From the NCBI GenBank assembly GCA_002773835.1, contig PFAC01000036.1, positions 497 through 64,496 on the forward strand: DNA of 64,000 nt, given 5' to 3'. The notes under the pieces are model-generated. The model was not told the DNA's origin. It searched no databases and saw nothing but the letters and a program-made list of their open reading frames with translations. The stretch comes from Chlamydiae bacterium CG10_big_fil_rev_8_21_14_0_10_35_9 (GTDB lineage Bacteria > Chlamydiota > Chlamydiia > Chlamydiales > SM23-39). Positions 25,838 to 35,819 of the stretch are shown one piece after another. The position numbers were made by a program, and so were the translations under genes. Positions within the stretch are counted from its first letter, which is position 1; every line of letters begins with the position of its first letter.

Positions 25838-25911
25838 TAGCGGCAGACGGATTCGAACCGCCGACACGCGGATTATGATTCCGCTGCTCTAACCAGCTGA
25901 GCTATGCCGCC
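25838..25911 (-). tRNA. tRNA with CAT anticodon (elongator Met, or Ile2 if C34 is lysidinylated)
   Basis: Reverse strand reads GGCGGCATAGCTCAGCTGGTTAGAGCAGCGGAATCATAATCCGCGTGTCGGCGGTTCGAATCCGTCTGCCGCTA. It folds as a cloverleaf with anticodon loop AUCAUAA, a TTCGAAT T-loop and a G1.U72 pair. No CCA is encoded. Confidence 0.85.
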
Positions 25912-25927
25912 TAAAAAGAAAGAAAAA

Positions 25928-26000
25928 TAGCGGGGAAAGGATTCGAACCTCCGACCTTTGGGTTATGAGCCCAACGAGCTAACCACTGCTCCACCCCGCG
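25928..26000 (-). tRNA. Initiator tRNA-fMet (CAT)
   Basis: Reverse strand reads CGCGGGGTGGAGCAGTGGTTAGCTCGTTGGGCTCATAACCCAAAGGTCGGAGGTTCGAATCCTTTCCCCGCTA. It has an unpaired C1/U72 and three consecutive G-C pairs (GGG/CCC) closing the anticodon stem, closely resembling E. coli tRNA-fMet. Confidence 0.9.
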
Positions 26001-26035
26001 ATATAAGAAGTTAATATCTTATCAACCAATTGTTT

Positions 26036-27247
26036 TTATGACAAGGGGGTTTTACTTTTTGGGGAAATAAGTTCACTTAAGTGGGCATATGTCTTTTCAC
26101 AAGCCCCCTTTACCTCTTTAAAAAATTGTGGATTAGGTAAATATGGCTTTGTTATAACATCCCTTACATCGTTTAATAAATTCTTTAGGTCTGTTTGCTT
26201 TCCTAAGTCATATCGATTAACAATCTCTACTAGTTCTTTTTGACTTTGCATATATGGCCCAAATATTACAGGAGTTTGATAAAGACAAGGCTCGAGTATA
26301 TTGTGCCCTCCTATTTGAGGTATGAAGCTACCTCCCATAAGGGCCAGTTTGCTAATGGAAAAGCAGGCAGGTAATACTCCCATTTTATCAATAAGGATAA
26401 GGTTATTACTCTGATAGGATTCTATGAGAGCTTTTACAAGCTTGAAACGCTCAGGATGCCTAGGAGCTATGAGAATTTTAACCTTAGGAAAAAGAGGCTT
26501 AAGAGCATTTAACAAAAGCTCCTCTTCATTGGCATGTGTAGAGGCTATAGTAATGACAACTTCCTCTTGGATATTTAATTTTTTTTTCCAATCTTGGATG
26601 TTGACGGATATTTTTTTCTGATCATATTTAAGGTTTCCGCCAATAGAGATCTTTTTTTCCGGAATACCTATAGATAAAAAATGCTTTTTTTGTTCTAAGT
26701 TTTGAGCAGAAACATGATCTATTCCTGAAAAAAGCTTTTTAGTAACAAAAGGAACCTTTTTTAACCTGTGTGTAGACCTTTCAGAAAGCTTGGCGCTAAT
26801 AGCAAAAACTTTTGCAAAAGGTTTTGCATATTTTATGAAGTTATACCAAAAATCTGTTTCAACAAAAAATACGTAAGAAGGCTTCACACGGTGTAAGGTT
26901 TTTTGCATTACCCATGAAAAATCTAGAGGAAGATAAATAGTGAGATCTATATTTTTGTCTTTTTGAGCTTGCTTTTGTCCTGTTTCAGTAGTAGTAGAAA
27001 AAAGGATAAATATCTCAGGATGCTTTTTTTTAAAAAGCTCTAAAAAATTAAGTCCTGCTTTGGTTTCACCTAATGATACAGCATGAACCCAAGCCACTTT
27101 TTTATTTTGAGGAATTTTTTGTAGCTCAGGAATGAGTCCCAACCTGGAAAGAAACGTTCCTTTATACTTTTTGAATCGAATCCTTTGGTAAAAATACTTA
27201 GGAAGCGAGCATATAAAGAACAGTCCCAATCCAAGATTGTAAAGCAT
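26036..27247 (-). CDS. waaA: 3-deoxy-D-manno-octulosonic acid (Kdo) transferase
   Basis: 403 aa. VAWVHAVSLGETKA motif and GGSF...GGHNILEP C-terminal block. The start ATG overlaps the leuS stop (TAATG). Confidence 0.85.
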   Translation of the reverse strand: MLYNLGLGLFFICSLPKYFYQRIRFKKYKGTFLSRLGLIPELQKIPQNKKVAWVHAVSLGETKAGLNFLELFKKKHPEIFILFSTTTETGQKQAQKDKNIDLTIYLPLDFSWVMQKTLHRVKPSYVFFVETDFWYNFIKYAKPFAKVFAISAKLSERSTHRLKKVPFVTKKLFSGIDHVSAQNLEQKKHFLSIGIPEKKISIGGNLKYDQKKISVNIQDWKKKLNIQEEVVITIASTHANEEELLLNALKPLFPKVKILIAPRHPERFKLVKALIESYQSNNLILIDKMGVLPACFSISKLALMGGSFIPQIGGHNILEPCLYQTPVIFGPYMQSQKELVEIVNRYDLGKQTDLKNLLNDVRDVITKPYLPNPQFFKEVKGACEKTYAHLSELISPKSKTPLS

Positions 27248-29823
27248 TATTTCACAACGATACTTAATAGCTTATTAGGAACAAATATAGTTTTTACAAT
27301 TTTTCCTGTTAAGTATTTAGCAACGTTTGGATCCTGTAAGGCCGCTTGCATAATTTCATTTTCCGTTTTCCCTGTTTCAAACTGCATTTTAGCTCGAAGC
27401 TTTCCATTTACTTGAACCACATAATTTGCATGCGTGTCTTTTAAGTATTTTTCTTGTACTTTTTCAATCGGAGCAAAAGCCAATGGCTCTTTTATCTCTA
27501 ATACTTCCCAAAGTTCTTCAGAAATGTGCGGAGCAAAGGGATAGAGCATTTGCAATGCCATCTTTAATGCTTTTTTAGGATAGGCTTTGAGCTTAGTAAA
27601 GTCATTGATAAACTCCATTAATCTAGCAATGGCTGTATTGAACTGCATGGCTTCAATGTCGGCTGTCACAGTGTGCACAAGTCGGTGTGCTAGACGAAGC
27701 CCTTCTTCTGTTTCTTCTTCAACTACTTTATCAGAAAAGAAAAGATCCCAAAAACGATTCAAAAATCTTTTGCACCCATTAACAGCGTCTGTATTCCAAA
27801 GTTTTTCTCTGTCAAATGGCCCCATAAACATTTCATACAACCTTAAAGAATCTGCACCGTATTCTTCTATGATTTCATCAGGAGTTACACCATTTAACTT
27901 TGACTTTGACATTTTCTCTTCTTGTACAAGAAGCTTTTCGTGGGAATCTTTCTTGAAAAATGCTCCATTTTCTTCCATAACGTCATCTTCAGCAACATAA
28001 TTACCACCTTCAATTTTGTAAGATTTAGCATGCACAAGACCTTGGTTTCGATATGTTTTAAAAGGTTCTTTAGTGTGCACCAAGGAGCAATCGTAGAGAA
28101 CCTTATGCCAAAATCTAGCATAAAGAAGGTGTAATACAGCGTGCTCGGCGCCCCCTACATAAAGGTCTACAGGCATCCAGTAATCTTCCGACTCTTTAGA
28201 CCAGGCTTCTTCTTTATTGTTAGGATCGCAAAAACGAAGATAATACCAGCATGACCCAGCCCATTGAGGCATAGTATTTGTTTCTCTAACAGCTTTCTTC
28301 TTAGTTTTTGGGTCAATGATTTCTATCCATTTTTTCTCTTTGGCAATAGGGCTTTCACCTGTTGGAGAGGGCATATAGTCTTCAATTGACGGTGGAGTTA
28401 AAGGAAGCTCGTCGAGCTCTAATGCTCTTTTTGACCCATCTTCAAAGTGCAAGATAGGAATAGGTTCTCCCCAATATCTTTGTCGAGAAAAAAGCCAGTC
28501 ACGAAGTTTATAATTAATGGTTTTTTTACCAGCACCATGGTTTTCTAGCCATTTAGTCATTTTTACCTTAGCCTCTTTCATGCTAAGGCCATTTAAACTC
28601 AAATCTTTATGACTACTATGAATAACTGTGCCATCTAAGGTCCAGCAGCGCTTGCCTGACGCAACCTCTTTTTTTATTGTTTCAGGTGGTGCATCTTTTC
28701 TTTCTTCTTCAGATAGCAAAGATACATTAGGCTCATACACAGGTAAAATGGGAAGTTTGTATTTACTGGCAAAAGCAAAATCTCTTTCATCATGAGCAGG
28801 AACGGCCATAACAGCTCCTGTACCGTAACTCATCAAAACATAATCAGAAATCCAGATAGGAATCTTTTCGTGTGTTACAGGATGCACTGCAAATCCACCT
28901 GTCCAAACACCCGTTTTATCCTTATTCAACTCGGTTCTTTCTAGATCACTTTTTTGAGCAACCGTTTGGCGATAGTTCCTAACATCTTCTAATTTATCTT
29001 GTGTCGTGATGGTATCCACTAATGGATGTTCTGGTGCTAATACAACGTAACTTGCCCCCATCAATGTATCTGGTCTAGTAGTAAAGACCTCGATTTTTTC
29101 TTTGGTAACCTCTTCTTCAAAAGATATTTGGGCACCAACACTTTTACCAATCCAGTTAGTTTGTAATTTTTTTAAATGATCAGGCCAGTCTAATTCTTTG
29201 AGATCTTCTAGTAATCTGTCTGCATAAGCTGTGATTTTTAAAACCCATTGCCGTAAAGGCCTTCTTTCTATAGGAAAGCCACCTTCTTTCGACTTTCCAT
29301 TTTCTACCTCTTCATTGGCAAGAACGGTTCCTAAGGCAGGACAGAAATTCACATTAATAGTGGCTTCATAGGCAAGCCCTTTTTCATAAAGCTTGGTAAA
29401 GATCCACTGAGTCCATTTATAATAGTCAGGCTCACTTGTAGTAATCTCCCGGTCCCAGTCATAACTGAACCCTAAAGAGCGAAGTTGTTTACGGTATGTG
29501 TCAATATTTGCCTGTGTAGTAATTCTAGGATGAGTACCTGTTCTGATCGCATACTGTTCTGCCGGTAGGCCAAAACTATCCCAGCCAATAGGGTGTAAGA
29601 CATTAAAGCCTTTTTGTCTTTTATATCTTGCTATGATGTCAGTTCCTGTATATCCCGTAACATGTCCCACATGCAATCCAGCACCAGATGGATAAGGAAA
29701 CATGTCTAATACATAGTATTTTGGTTTAGATGAGTCTGTTTTACAGGAAAAAACTTTGTTTTTTACCCAATATTGCTGCCATTTTTTTTCAATAGACCTA
29801 TGGTCATATTTTCGTTTAGTCAT
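27247..29823 (-). CDS. leuS: Leucyl-tRNA synthetase
   Basis: 858 aa. PYPSGAGLHVGH (HIGH motif), KMSKSK (KMSKS motif) and an editing-domain insert. Confidence 0.95.
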   Translation of the reverse strand: MTKRKYDHRSIEKKWQQYWVKNKVFSCKTDSSKPKYYVLDMFPYPSGAGLHVGHVTGYTGTDIIARYKRQKGFNVLHPIGWDSFGLPAEQYAIRTGTHPRITTQANIDTYRKQLRSLGFSYDWDREITTSEPDYYKWTQWIFTKLYEKGLAYEATINVNFCPALGTVLANEEVENGKSKEGGFPIERRPLRQWVLKITAYADRLLEDLKELDWPDHLKKLQTNWIGKSVGAQISFEEEVTKEKIEVFTTRPDTLMGASYVVLAPEHPLVDTITTQDKLEDVRNYRQTVAQKSDLERTELNKDKTGVWTGGFAVHPVTHEKIPIWISDYVLMSYGTGAVMAVPAHDERDFAFASKYKLPILPVYEPNVSLLSEEERKDAPPETIKKEVASGKRCWTLDGTVIHSSHKDLSLNGLSMKEAKVKMTKWLENHGAGKKTINYKLRDWLFSRQRYWGEPIPILHFEDGSKRALELDELPLTPPSIEDYMPSPTGESPIAKEKKWIEIIDPKTKKKAVRETNTMPQWAGSCWYYLRFCDPNNKEEAWSKESEDYWMPVDLYVGGAEHAVLHLLYARFWHKVLYDCSLVHTKEPFKTYRNQGLVHAKSYKIEGGNYVAEDDVMEENGAFFKKDSHEKLLVQEEKMSKSKLNGVTPDEIIEEYGADSLRLYEMFMGPFDREKLWNTDAVNGCKRFLNRFWDLFFSDKVVEEETEEGLRLAHRLVHTVTADIEAMQFNTAIARLMEFINDFTKLKAYPKKALKMALQMLYPFAPHISEELWEVLEIKEPLAFAPIEKVQEKYLKDTHANYVVQVNGKLRAKMQFETGKTENEIMQAALQDPNVAKYLTGKIVKTIFVPNKLLSIVVK

Positions 29824-29931
29824 ATGAAATAATTGATTTAGGTGATTTAAGCGACAATTTTATCTTTCATATTAATAACTTGCAATGATTGATAAGATTA
29901 GACAGGTAGGAGTAAGGTGTTAAAAAAATAT

Positions 29932-31734
29932 TTACATTAAAGCAACTTCTTCTTTTTTGGAAGGTGGATCTACCCAAAGACCATGGGATTTAATTAGGGC
30001 GATTAATTTTTCATCTGCATCAGAAAAGCTAATGTTTTTCTCTACACACTTTTTTCCCACATACAAATCAACCATGCCTGGTCTTGATCCTACATATCCA
30101 AAATCAGCATCTGCCATTTCTCCTGGCCCATTGACGATGCATCCCATAATGGCAATTTTTACACCGGGAAGATGTCCAGTTTTTTTTCTTATTCGGGCGG
30201 CTACCTCTTGAAGGTCAAATAATGTCCTGCCACAACTTGGACAGGAAATAAACTCTGTTTTTATTGTTCTCATTCTGCAAGCCTGCAGAAGATTGAAACT
30301 AAAGGAATGCAGCTCTTGAATACTTACTTTATGCTGAAGACAAATGCCAGCTCCGATATTATCGCATAGAAGACTCCCCACTTCACTGGAAGCGGCAATT
30401 AAAAAATCGTCCCAACTTTCTAGGTAAGAAAAAGCTAAAATAATAGGTATCTCAAAAGAAGATGCTTTTAACCAGCTGTGAAGCTTTCTAGCTGAGTGTA
30501 CTTTCAACTCCAATGGATCTAGCAAAATGACTTTTGGTTGCATTTGTGTAATTAGAGAAAAGGCACTTTCATTAACTTCTTGTACGTGCAAAGCGTCATG
30601 TCCTATTTGGTAATCTGCCATCAGTGAATTTTCTGCTATAATTTTTATATTTTCTGCAGCCAGCTCTTTTAGCTTTAGCAGCGATTTTTCATCTTGTATG
30701 TCCTCTACCCAAACAGCATCTATCTTTGCTTCTTTTTGTAATAGCCCTAAACTTTTCAACAAACTGTCGTTAAGAAGATCTGACTCTTGCAACTTAATAA
30801 TGACAGAGCCGCTTCTATGTAAAAATGGAGTTTTGTTTTGGAGTTCTTCCGATGAAGGTATTTTAATCAGTGTTTGTCTATTCGAAAAATTGACCAACCT
30901 TTTACAAGGATCAATTTCTAAATGAGGGTCTTCTGTTAATGATACTCTAATAGTATCTCCCAATCCTTCTAAAAGCAGAGATCCAATACCTACAGCTGAT
31001 TTAATACGTCCATCTTCTCCCTGTCCTGCTTCAGTAACTCCTAAGTGTAAAGGGTAATCCCAACCTAACTCATCCATTTTTTTTACTAAAAGGCGGTAAG
31101 CCTTTATCATTACTAAAGGATTAGAAGCTTTCATAGAAAAGATCATGTCATGAAAATCATATTTTCTAGCAATTTCTCCATATTCGATAGCAGACACTAC
31201 CATCCCCTCCGGTGTGTCTCCATAAGCAGACATGATTCTATCCGACAAAGAACCATGATTAGCACCTATTCTTATAGACTTTTTTAATTGCTTACATTTT
31301 AGAATAAGAGGAGCTAGTTTTTCTTCAATTTTTTCTAGAGCAAATTTTTCTTGAATAGCAACTGTTTGAAATATAGCTCGCCTATCTGCAAAATTCCCTG
31401 GATTTATGCGAATTTTATCTACAAAATCAGCTACTATAAGGGCTGCTGGAGGGTAAAAGTGGATATCCGCTACAAGTGGAATATCAATATTTTTTTGAAC
31501 AAGAAGATTTTTGATTTTTTCACAACTTAACGCTTCTTTCTTCCCTTGAACAGTGACTCTTACAATTTCACAGCCATGAGCTTTTAATTTAGAAATCTGT
31601 TCAACAGTTTTTTCAATATCGTTTGTATTAGTTGTAGTCATAGACTGTATGCGAATAGGGTTTTGCCCCCCTATTTTCACACTGCCTACTAATACTTCAC
31701 GCGTTTTACGTTTTTTTGCCTTAAAATCTTCCAT
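29932..31734 (-). CDS. ispG: 4-hydroxy-3-methylbut-2-enyl diphosphate synthase, long form with a central insertion domain
   Basis: 600 aa. N-terminal TIM-barrel blocks (IRIQSMT, VRVTV, RINPGN), C-terminal Fe-S motif FISCPSCGRT...GCIVNGPGE, and a ~250-aa insert between them, as in chlamydial and plant IspG. Confidence 0.9.
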   Translation of the reverse strand: MEDFKAKKRKTREVLVGSVKIGGQNPIRIQSMTTTNTNDIEKTVEQISKLKAHGCEIVRVTVQGKKEALSCEKIKNLLVQKNIDIPLVADIHFYPPAALIVADFVDKIRINPGNFADRRAIFQTVAIQEKFALEKIEEKLAPLILKCKQLKKSIRIGANHGSLSDRIMSAYGDTPEGMVVSAIEYGEIARKYDFHDMIFSMKASNPLVMIKAYRLLVKKMDELGWDYPLHLGVTEAGQGEDGRIKSAVGIGSLLLEGLGDTIRVSLTEDPHLEIDPCKRLVNFSNRQTLIKIPSSEELQNKTPFLHRSGSVIIKLQESDLLNDSLLKSLGLLQKEAKIDAVWVEDIQDEKSLLKLKELAAENIKIIAENSLMADYQIGHDALHVQEVNESAFSLITQMQPKVILLDPLELKVHSARKLHSWLKASSFEIPIILAFSYLESWDDFLIAASSEVGSLLCDNIGAGICLQHKVSIQELHSFSFNLLQACRMRTIKTEFISCPSCGRTLFDLQEVAARIRKKTGHLPGVKIAIMGCIVNGPGEMADADFGYVGSRPGMVDLYVGKKCVEKNISFSDADEKLIALIKSHGLWVDPPSKKEEVALM

Positions 31735-31765
31735 AATAGAGTTCAGATTATATTACCCAGGCAGG

Positions 31766-32602
31766 TTAATAATCAAACTCGTTAAAATCAGGGTTAACAA
31801 TTCTTTCCCCAGTATGTAGTTGGTCTATACTTTGCATGTCTTGATCAGTAAGAGAAAAATCAAATATTTCAAAATTTTCTTTAATATGAGGTAGTGAGGA
31901 ACCCTTAGGAATTACCACAACTCCCTTTTGTATCAGCCATCTTAAAGAGACTTGAGCTGGAGTTTTACTATGCTTATTGGCTATGTCCACAATTACTTTA
32001 TTCCTAAATACCTTTCCTTGAGCAATGGGACTATAGCCCGTGACTGTAATATTATGATCTTTACAAAACTTCAACATGTCAGCTTGGTTTAAAAAGGGGT
32101 GAAATTCGATTTGATTTACAGAAATACTTAACCCATCATCGAAAATATCTTGAATATGGTGAATTGTTGCATTACATACACCAACACTTCTTACCTTTCC
32201 CTTTTCTTTAAGCTTATGCATCTGCTCTAAAATTAATGAAACGGACTTGGCTCTTTCTGGCCAGTGAATTAAAAACAGATCAAGATAGTCCATTTTTAAT
32301 TCTCTTAAAGAAGTGTCACATGCTTTTTCTACTAAATTAGGGTCATGAAAGTCTCTCCACAACTTGGTTGTCATAAAAAACTGATCTCTTGGAAAATCCC
32401 CTATTCCTTCACTTACCTTTTCATGGTTCCAGTATGCATGAGCTCCATCTATATGCCGGTACCCTACCTCTAAAGCAGTTCTTACAGCTTTAACGCAGGT
32501 ATCACCTTCTAACTGCCAAGTACCAAACCCGATCGCTGGGATTTCTACCCCATCATTTAAAGTAACAATCGGAACAGTTTGCTGTTTTTTTTGCTCACCC
32601 AT
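31766..32602 (-). CDS. Aldo/keto reductase (2,5-diketo-D-gluconate reductase-like)
   Basis: 278 aa with GYRHIDGAHAY, LDLFLIHWP and IPKGS motifs. Confidence 0.85.
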   Translation of the reverse strand: MGEQKKQQTVPIVTLNDGVEIPAIGFGTWQLEGDTCVKAVRTALEVGYRHIDGAHAYWNHEKVSEGIGDFPRDQFFMTTKLWRDFHDPNLVEKACDTSLRELKMDYLDLFLIHWPERAKSVSLILEQMHKLKEKGKVRSVGVCNATIHHIQDIFDDGLSISVNQIEFHPFLNQADMLKFCKDHNITVTGYSPIAQGKVFRNKVIVDIANKHSKTPAQVSLRWLIQKGVVVIPKGSSLPHIKENFEIFDFSLTDQDMQSIDQLHTGERIVNPDFNEFDY

Positions 32603-32775
32603 AACAATACCTTCAAATTATTTTTTAATTTTGCAACATAGCATCCATAGATTTTGGCATCCAGATTAAATTCATTTAAGCCACCTTAGTGAATCCTCTT
32701 TTTTCTTGAAAAAATAACGCAATAACACATAAAACATGCAAAAATTTTTTTTACAACCATCAACGGTGAAATATC

Positions 32776-35727
32776 ATGAGCTTCCCTAATTTCCCTCAAA
32801 ATAGCGGCAAATTATCTTCTCAAGTTAGCTTTAACCTCGAAGAGTCAAGAGAAAGCACTTCGTGTATGGAAATTATTTCCAATCGACTTAAAACTGCTTA
32901 TGAGTATTATCAAGTGAGAAGAGCTACTATACGTTTATTTCATGCAATCGATAATGACAATACAGATGAAGCTATTCAAATTATTGCCAGCAGAGTGTTT
33001 AAACCAAATCATGTTTACGCAGAAACAACTGCTTTATATAAAGCTATTGAAAAAGGAAGCCTTCCAGTAATAGAAAGATTAGTAGATGCTCATGCAAATG
33101 TTAATCAGTTTGTGGGAAACTCCCCCCCACCTCTTGAAAAAGCATTCCTCAAACAGCAACCGCAAATTACCAACTTTCTACTCACCTGTGATGAGATTGA
33201 TTTTACCCTTATAGATACAGTCATTAAAACTGAATTATTTCATCAAGCCCTTAATGAAAAAAACATAGATATTGCCATAAAACTAATACAAAATGGTGCA
33301 GATGTTAATGAAGAGGTAAATGATACATTCCCCTTATTAATAGCTATAAATAAAGAAAATTTAGATCTTCTAAATGCTCTAATTGCTCGATCTGATTTAG
33401 AAATCAATAAAACAAATAATGAAGGAGAAACTGCTATTTATCAAGCCTCTGAAAAAAATCAGGTTGATATAGTAAAAGAGCTTTTAAACAGTGGAGCTGA
33501 TGTAAATATTCACAATAAACATGGTATCACTCCATTGATTGCAGCTGCAGCCAAAGGTAACTGTGAAACTGTAGAATTACTGCTTGGTCACCCTGACACA
33601 GATGTAGATCTAAGAAGTCGTCACGGTGATAAAGCTATTCACTGGGCAGCTTATTTAGGACACCTTGAAGTTGTGCAAATTTTTGCAAACTATGGCGTAG
33701 ATATCCACTCTCCAGGATGGCAGTGCAAAACCCCCATAGAACAAGCATTACACAACAATCACCACAAAGTTTTTTGGTATCTACTTGATCGAATAGACTT
33801 TTGCGCTATTTCTACTTCTATTAAGGCAGAATTATTACACAAAGCACTTAGCTCAGAAAAAGTAGATACAGCTATAAAACTAATACAGAATGGTGCTGAT
33901 GTTAATAAACAAAATAATGGGGACACTCCCCTGCTGATAGCTGCAAAAAAGGGCTATTGCGATATAGTAGAATTACTACTTACTCATCCCAAAGTAAACC
34001 TGGATTCAAAAGGTCCTTTAAATAAGGCTATTCTCCTGGCTGCCAGCAAAGGACATTTTCAAGTTATGCAAATGCTTTTAAAGCATGGGGCTGATATCAA
34101 TGTCTCAAACTGGAGCAAAAAAACCCCTTTAGAATTGTCTTGGGAAAACAAGCATTATGAAGTCGTTAGACAACTACTAGATAGCATCTATGTTCATAGT
34201 ATTTCTATCGCTGTAAAAACAAGGCTATTACATAAAGCTCTTAACAACAATAAAATAGACATTGCAATCAAGCTAATACAAAGTGGCGCTGATGTAAATG
34301 AAACCCTCGAAAATTCAATCTTAGTTCCCTTATTAAAAGCTATAGATTTGAGAAACTTAGATCTTGTAAAAGCATTAACAAATAGACCTGACTTAGAAAT
34401 AAATAAGAGAAAAAATTTTAGTGAAACAGCTCTTTATCTGGCGTCTTTAAAAGGTTTACCCACTATAGTAAATGAGCTTCTAAAACATCAAGTTGACGTA
34501 AATATACAAGACCAAAATGGTTATACTTCATTAATGGCAGCTGTTTGGAAAGGTAATTCTGCTATCGTAGAAATGCTGCTTGCTCATCCTGACATAAATG
34601 TAGATCTAGAAACTAGACAGCATGATAAAGTCATTCATTGGGCAGCCTGGTCAGGGAACCTTGAATCAGTGCAGAGAATTGTGAACTATGGTGCGGATAT
34701 CAACTCTCCTGGATGGAGCAATAAAACTCCCCTAGAACAGGCATTAGACAAAAATCATTGTAACATTTGCTGGTATCTGCTTGATCAAATAGACTTCCGA
34801 GATATTTCTGCTGCTACTAAAGCTAGGTTATTAAATAGAGCTATAGAAGCAAGAAAAATCGATACGGCAATAATGTTAATACAAAATGGTGCTGACATTA
34901 ATGAAAATTTCGAAGATTCAAGAGATCTATTCCCATTATTAGCGGCAGTGGTTTTGGGAGATTTAAATCTTGTAAAGGCATTAACAGCTAGACCAGATTT
35001 AGAAATAAATAAGAGAAATAGCCTCGGTGAGGCAGCTCTTTTTCACGCATCCTCAAATGGTCTAGCTTCCATAGTAGATGAGCTTTTGCATAGTGGCGCT
35101 GATGTAAATATACAAGATAACAATCGTAATTCTCCTTTAATGACAGCTGCAGGAAATGGTCACTGCGATGTTGTAGAATCCTTGCTTGCTCATCCTGACA
35201 TAAATGTAGATCTAGAAACTAGACAGCATGATAAAGCTATTCATTGGGTTGCTTGGGCAGGCCATCTTGATGTTCTGAAAATGTTTGTAAAATATGGTGT
35301 AGATTTCAATGCCCCAGGGTGGAAGGGTAGAACGCCGATAGAACAGGCGTTGCACAACAACTCTCTTGAAGTCGTTTGGTATTTACTTAATTTAAATAAC
35401 GACATACCCAGAAAAGAATTTGCCAACTTGTTACTTGAAAAAATTAACAGACTTGATCTTGTAGATGAAATTTTAATGAATATCTTTCTTAAGATCTTTT
35501 TTGGAACAACAAAAGCCAATAAAGAAGCACTTAAAAAAGCCTTTGAATCTCTTGCTAAAAAAACTCCATTAGAAAGTGCAAAATTCCAATTCATAAGGAA
35601 ATGTTTAGATGATGGCGATGACAAAGTTACTTACGAAAGTGTAGATAAAGCACTTAATCAAGTTCACTTTTCAATACCACAAGAAATTACTCGAGAAATT
35701 AGTAAGTTTTCAGGGATTTTATTTTAA
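32776..35727 (+). CDS. Ankyrin-repeat protein (about 22 ANK repeats in four super-modules), putative effector
   Basis: Repeated GxTPLxxAAxxGHxxVVxxLLxxGADVN-type units. The N- and C-terminal non-ANK modules are shared with the downstream gene. Confidence 0.85.
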   Translation: MSFPNFPQNSGKLSSQVSFNLEESRESTSCMEIISNRLKTAYEYYQVRRATIRLFHAIDNDNTDEAIQIIASRVFKPNHVYAETTALYKAIEKGSLPVIERLVDAHANVNQFVGNSPPPLEKAFLKQQPQITNFLLTCDEIDFTLIDTVIKTELFHQALNEKNIDIAIKLIQNGADVNEEVNDTFPLLIAINKENLDLLNALIARSDLEINKTNNEGETAIYQASEKNQVDIVKELLNSGADVNIHNKHGITPLIAAAAKGNCETVELLLGHPDTDVDLRSRHGDKAIHWAAYLGHLEVVQIFANYGVDIHSPGWQCKTPIEQALHNNHHKVFWYLLDRIDFCAISTSIKAELLHKALSSEKVDTAIKLIQNGADVNKQNNGDTPLLIAAKKGYCDIVELLLTHPKVNLDSKGPLNKAILLAASKGHFQVMQMLLKHGADINVSNWSKKTPLELSWENKHYEVVRQLLDSIYVHSISIAVKTRLLHKALNNNKIDIAIKLIQSGADVNETLENSILVPLLKAIDLRNLDLVKALTNRPDLEINKRKNFSETALYLASLKGLPTIVNELLKHQVDVNIQDQNGYTSLMAAVWKGNSAIVEMLLAHPDINVDLETRQHDKVIHWAAWSGNLESVQRIVNYGADINSPGWSNKTPLEQALDKNHCNICWYLLDQIDFRDISAATKARLLNRAIEARKIDTAIMLIQNGADINENFEDSRDLFPLLAAVVLGDLNLVKALTARPDLEINKRNSLGEAALFHASSNGLASIVDELLHSGADVNIQDNNRNSPLMTAAGNGHCDVVESLLAHPDINVDLETRQHDKAIHWVAWAGHLDVLKMFVKYGVDFNAPGWKGRTPIEQALHNNSLEVVWYLLNLNNDIPRKEFANLLLEKINRLDLVDEILMNIFLKIFFGTTKANKEALKKAFESLAKKTPLESAKFQFIRKCLDDGDDKVTYESVDKALNQVHFSIPQEITREISKFSGILF
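33196..35395 (+). repeat. Super-repeat of ~600 bp (~200 aa, about 6 ANK each), 4 copies with copy 2 shortened
   Basis: Modules begin IDFTLIDTVIKTELFHQAL, IDFCAISTSIKAELLHKAL, VHSISIAVKTRLLHKAL and IDFRDISAATKARLLNRAI. An exact 52-nt repeat occurs at 34579-34630 and 35185-35236, an offset of 606 nt. Confidence 0.85.
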
Positions 35728-35819
35728 GATCCTAAGTTTTTTAGCGTAAGATAAATTCTTGAATTAATTAGCTTTTTGAATGTAAACTTTCGTGGTATTA
35801 ATTTTTTTTACATAAAACT

